Shown here piece by piece: positions 28,172 through 32,000 of a stretch of DNA of 32,000 nt (positions are counted from its first letter, which is position 1; each line of letters opens with the position of its first letter). The notes beneath the pieces were generated by a model. It was not told the origin of the DNA, did not search any database, and saw only the letters and a list, made by a program, of their open reading frames with translations. Source of the stretch: Zymomonas mobilis subsp. mobilis ATCC 10988. Its GTDB lineage: Bacteria > Pseudomonadota > Alphaproteobacteria > Sphingomonadales > Sphingomonadaceae. Where the stretch lies: contig NC_017183.1 of assembly GCF_000175255.2 (NCBI RefSeq), positions 284 to 32,283 on the forward strand, in the 5' to 3' direction. The translations under genes were made by a program, and so were the position numbers.

Positions 28172-28597
28172 ATGCGTTATCCTGTTGCTATAGAGCCAGA
28201 TACAAAATCTACGGCTTTTGGTATTGTCGTACCGGATTTACCCGGTTGCTTCTCGGCTGGCGATACGATGGATGAAGCTATTGCCAATGCTGAAGAAGCC
28301 GCATCTGCTTGGATCGATGCCACATTAGATAGTGGTCAAGATATTCCTGTACCTAGTTCTATCTCAGATTTATATAAGAACCCTGATTATAAAGGATGGT
28401 CTTTCGGTTTTATCAATATAGATCCAGCTTTGTTGAGTGATAGGGTAAAGCGGGTAAACATTACTTTACCTGAAAGAGTTCTCGAACGTCTTGATCTCTT
28501 GGCCAAAAAGGCAGGAGAAACTCGTTCTGGTATGATCGCTTCTTTGACCTTAAAAGCTCAAAAACAAACAGATCATCATTCAGCTGTTATGATCTAA
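28172..28597 (+). CDS. hicB: HicB-family antitoxin with C-terminal RHH-like domain
   Basis: 141 aa: MRYPVAIEPDTKSTAFGIVVPDLPGCFSAGDTMDEAIANAEEAASAWID... VNITLPERVLERLDLLAKKAGETRSGMIASLTL. Confidence 0.93.
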   Translation: MRYPVAIEPDTKSTAFGIVVPDLPGCFSAGDTMDEAIANAEEAASAWIDATLDSGQDIPVPSSISDLYKNPDYKGWSFGFINIDPALLSDRVKRVNITLPERVLERLDLLAKKAGETRSGMIASLTLKAQKQTDHHSAVMI

Positions 28598-28652
28598 CAA
28601 GTAGTAATCCAAATATAGTCCCATATATTTTATAGGGTATGTCGTAAAACCA

Positions 28653-28681
28653 AGAGCGCCGATTATTCGGCGCTCTTTTTT
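28653..28681 (+). terminator. Rho-independent terminator after hicB
   Basis: AGAGCGCCGA-TTAT-TCGGCGCTCT followed by a T run. Confidence 0.9.
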
Positions 28682-28826
28682 GTCGTCAAAGTTTTCCGTC
28701 TATTTTTCCTCGATAATTCAGGCCGGAAACGGGCGGTTTCCCTCGCTAGCCAGAAAACACCTGGTTCAGGAACAATAAACAGGGAATACACTCAGCATGA
28801 CTTTTCTGAATGGTACGTACGAACAT

Positions 28827-29570
28827 CTAGGTTCTGTTGACAAAGGAAGGCAACCACAATTTTACGGCCGCGATATGAAGGAAGGCGAGGAAAGATTTTC
28901 TGGTTTTGTCATAGCGTGTAGCAATACGTCTGGACGGCTTCAGCTTATTAAACATCCGCTCAATACAATGATGATCTTTGTCGTGCTGGAGATTATAAGG
29001 AATAGGCTTTTTTCGATTGGAACGAGGCGGGATAACAGGAAGAATGCCTCGAAAGGGTAGTTTTTCGCGTAACCTATTTATCAGCAAGAAAACAGCGGGG
29101 CGTTGTCACAGAGATATCTCAGCACCAGAATAATCAGAGACCGCACCACCGGTTAGCGCGAAAGCTAGAGGGCGACCTTGACCATCGGAACGGGCGCGAA
29201 TGATCGTGCTATCTATCATATGTTGCCAGTCATCTGGTCAACCAGGGTTTCAAGAAGAGCGTCCCAGACACCCTGTTCCGACCACCTACGAAACCGAACA
29301 TAGACCGAATTCCATTTCCCATAACGTTCATGCATGTCTCGCCACGGGCAGCCTGTTCGAATCACATGGAGCACATAAAGCATACCATTGAGAAATAACC
29401 GATTACTTTTGGCGGGACGCACGCAGCGGCCTCGTTCGCTGGGAATAAGACCCTCTATTATCTGCCACTCCGCGTCCCTCAGATCTCCTCGCATCCTGTC
29501 TGCCATACAAAACTTGTTCTCAATTTATCTCTAAAAATCTTAAATTACACTCTTTGTCAACAGAACCTAG
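28827..29570 (-). mobile_element. Defective IS5-family element
   Basis: Perfect 19-bp terminal inverted repeats CTAGGTTCTGTTGACAAAG (28827..28845) / CTTTGTCAACAGAACCTAG (29552..29570). Transposase N-terminus (29216..29506 -) and C-terminus (28827..29087 -) are separated by a frameshift and an internally missing region. Confidence 0.88.
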
Positions 29571-29736
29571 TCATCAGCTACCTCTATTAAATAGTAAGCT
29601 ATCACAGCGTGTCCGCTTTGCCGAGAGCGCATTGGATGGCCTGTCGGTATTCGATTATCCAGATAAACGTAATTTTGTGGCTGATGAGATCACAGCCATT
29701 AAAAATGAATTACTTGAGTTAGGGGCTTCATTATGA
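29554..29736 (+). CDS. Hypothetical small protein (60 aa), possibly the 3' part of an IS-interrupted ORF
   Basis: Starts with TTG inside the IS inverted repeat: MSTEPSHQLPLLNSKLSQRVRFAESALDGLSVFDYPDKRNFVADEITAIKNELLELGASL. Confidence 0.4.
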   Translation: MSTEPSHQLPLLNSKLSQRVRFAESALDGLSVFDYPDKRNFVADEITAIKNELLELGASL

Positions 29737-29891
29737 CCAAAACAGCATCTTCAATCAGCTTAACGCGCCCGTCGCGTGCCGTTAAAAAGCCATCTTATGT
29801 TGATCAGTGGGTCGCAAAGTGGAACGCCGATGATAACGCAGAAAAGACAAATCGTTTTTGTCTATACCTGCAGACATTCATAGAAAGCTGA
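29733..29891 (+). CDS. Hypothetical small protein (52 aa)
   Basis: ATGA overlap with the preceding ORF: MTKTASSISLTRPSRAVKKPSYVDQWVAKWNADDNAEKTNRFCLYLQTFIES. Confidence 0.4.
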   Translation: MTKTASSISLTRPSRAVKKPSYVDQWVAKWNADDNAEKTNRFCLYLQTFIES

Positions 29892-30766
29892 AACTTCAGG
29901 CCATGGATGAAGGGAAAATGATGATCACTCTAGTCCGTGAAATTTTAGCCGAAAAGTTCGTCTAGGTTTTGAGAAAATAAGCATTTTTTGCATCTTTTTT
30001 ACGTTTTACAAAATGCGTTGAGCATGCGTTTATTTGCGAACAGTAAAAATGGGCATTTTTCTAAAAAAATTTGTGCTTTAAAGGCTATTTTACGCAATAT
30101 TTTTTATTTTGCGTTGGATCAGAAATTGCGTAGAAAAGCGGCATGTATGGCGCGGAGGCTAGGGTTGGTCTACCGAACGCTAAGGGTATAATAAAAAAAC
30201 ACCTCTCTTGATATTTTTATATCAACTGATGGGTTTTGATACTGCTTCTTTAAAAAGAATTGATCCATTTCATCGGCGATAGTTTAGAGATCTACCTTTC
30301 CGAAAGCCAAAAGCTGCCTATACACCATCAGCCCAGAGATCCCTCTACAGCAAGAAAGAAGGTATATGACCAGTGGACCAAGAAGAGGAAGTATTTTACT
30401 CTGAGAAGACATCCTAATGCTTTTTGGGCTTACAATCTTCTATCCATAAACCTTGACTAAAAATGGATGATGCAGAAGATAGCCTCTATCTCTCCATCTT
30501 CTTCTGTAATGAAGGGCTGATTTACCAAACAGTTAAAGATCCAAACTTCTATCCAGCCTGTATATTCCATTGCATTTCCCTGATCCTTCTTACTAGCTGA
30601 TTGCTATAATTATACCGGTCTTATTTTTCTCAAACTCTCTCTTTTCTAACTCCTCTGCCCATAGCTAACTGAAGCCCAATCCCGAGGATAAAAAAGAGGA
30701 TATAGCTTTTGAGAAACAAGGGGTATTTTAACAGGAAAACAAGGGAAGCTACCAATAGACAAGGCT

Positions 30767-30876
30767 GCATAAATATGCATAAGAGATTTTCGGCCGTATT
30801 TCATTGAATAAAGCTATTTTAAGGCCGTATTTTAGGTTATTTATGGCTGTCCTGCATAAGATCAAAAAATGCATAA
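30767..30876. repeat. Short direct repeats TGCATAA (x4) and GGCCGTATTT (x2), possible iteron-like or origin region
   Basis: TGCATAA at 30767, 30776, 30853 and 30870. GGCCGTATTT at 30792 and 30823. Confidence 0.35.
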
Positions 30877-31199
30877 AAAGCGACCTATCTACGCCGAGGG
30901 CTTGGGTGGGACTACCACTCCAAATAGGTCAAAATCATTTTTCGTAAAATCCTGATGACATCGCCTCGAGTTATGAGTTTTGAAACTCTGAGTTAGGGGA
31001 TTCGCAATCGACATAAATAAAGAGGGCATATGCTAATCTTTTTACGTTGGAGATAATAAAATGACGACTGATTCCTCGGCAGATCAAAGTCGAATTTCTA
31101 TCAGCCATCTCATTGATCCCTAAGAGTTGTCGACCTTATTTTGTTCAATCTGGCTAACACAAAATCATTGTTTGAAGCACGACAAGGATTTTTTATCTG

Positions 31200-32000
31200 A
31201 TCAAAATCCCAACTGCTTTGAAGCAGGGAACCCCCTCGATGGTTTGCAGGTCTTCTTTCCGTAGGGTGCAGATTTCGCCCAGCCATAGGCAGCAATAAGG
31301 GTCACAAGCCGGAACGTAGGTTCAGGCACCAAGGCACTATGCCAAGAAGCAGAGGCCAGCAATGCCAGTTCCTGTGGCGTCCAGCTTCGTCGTACGATTT
31401 TGGGGGCACTCTCAAAATGCCAGCCAGACCAAGGGTTCTTTGCCACCATCTCCCGTTGCACAAGTTGGTTCCATAGGGCGGACAGACGAAGCATATGGTT
31501 CTTGACGCTTTTATTGCTCATGGTCGGGAGACCATTAGACTTGGCTCTCTGTGCCTCCTGTTGCAGCGTCAGACTGCTTTTACCCTTGCCCAGTGTTGCA
31601 GGAAGGGCAAGAAGCAGGTCACGGAAGGCTCCAGCTTGGTGACCGCCGATGCCACTGACAGGCGTATCCCCAAAAGCCCTGATATAGAGGGCCACAGTTC
31701 TTTTGGTTGCCGGTGCTGGCCTTGGGATTGCTCAAGACAAATGTGCTAAGGCGTCGGAAAGCATGAGGGCAGGGAGTTTCTTTTCGGTGCTTCGATGTTT
31801 CCTGATGATCTTACAGGTCAGTTTCTCCCTCGGTTTTATGACCTTCCGTTTGGGGGCAGAGGTTGCCTTCGCTTCCTGAGCCATAACCTCAAGTTCCAGC
31901 GTCACCGGGCTTTGAAAGGTAAGAGGAGACGTCAGTTCCTTGCCTGAGAACCGTCCCTGCATATCTGGCCTTATGTAAGACTTCACCTGTGCGGGCATAA
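31200..32000 (-). pseudogene. Second degraded tyrosine recombinase, paralogous to 2435..3796
   Basis: GAFRDLLLALPATLGKGKSSLTLQQEAQRAKSNGLPTMSNKSVKNHMLRLSALWNQLVQREMVAKNPWSGWHFES...LALLASASWHSALVPEPTFRLVTLIAAYG closely matches the left copy. The frame then shifts where SGMR (catalytic Arg) should be, and the C-terminal catalytic region is absent. Upstream part continues in ORF 31732..31998 -. Confidence 0.8.

Noticed and set aside
1-32000. CRISPR array
   Set aside because: No regularly spaced 25-40 bp repeats with unique spacers were seen. The phased 8-bp arrays are too short and lack spacers.

Overview
This 32-kb window looks like part of an alphaproteobacterial plasmid or integrative element. 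Species was not determined. It has a strongly mosaic base composition and a dense defence, toxin-antitoxin and maintenance content. From left to right it contains: a ComEC/Rec2-like MBL-fold hydrolase; a frameshifted tyrosine recombinase next to a tRNA 3'-end fragment; a complete type I R-M operon (hsdR-hsdM-hsdS); a broken mrr gene; a large SIR2-domain protein, probably the SIR2/DUF4020 anti-phage class, on the minus strand in an AT-rich block; a RelB/DinJ-YafQ TA pair; a ParA plus small ribbon-helix-helix partition pair; a truncated PI-PLC gene; a Septu-like PtuA/PtuB pair; an IS5-family element; a DarG-like macrodomain antitoxin with no DarT beside it; three tandem XRE-like regulators; a putative replication gene cluster; HicA/HicB with an unusually short HicA; a defective second IS5-family element; and a second degraded copy of the integrase at the right end. 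The most notable non-coding signal is a family of six phased arrays of 8-bp boxes (consensus ACGTAWWT, with AGCTAWAT as the third box in most copies). They lie between successive gene cassettes from 16.5 to 23.4 kb. I read them as a multi-site operator/centromere for the small RHH partition protein that may also mark cassette boundaries. All similarity calls come from motif recognition in the supplied translations. No database search was run.
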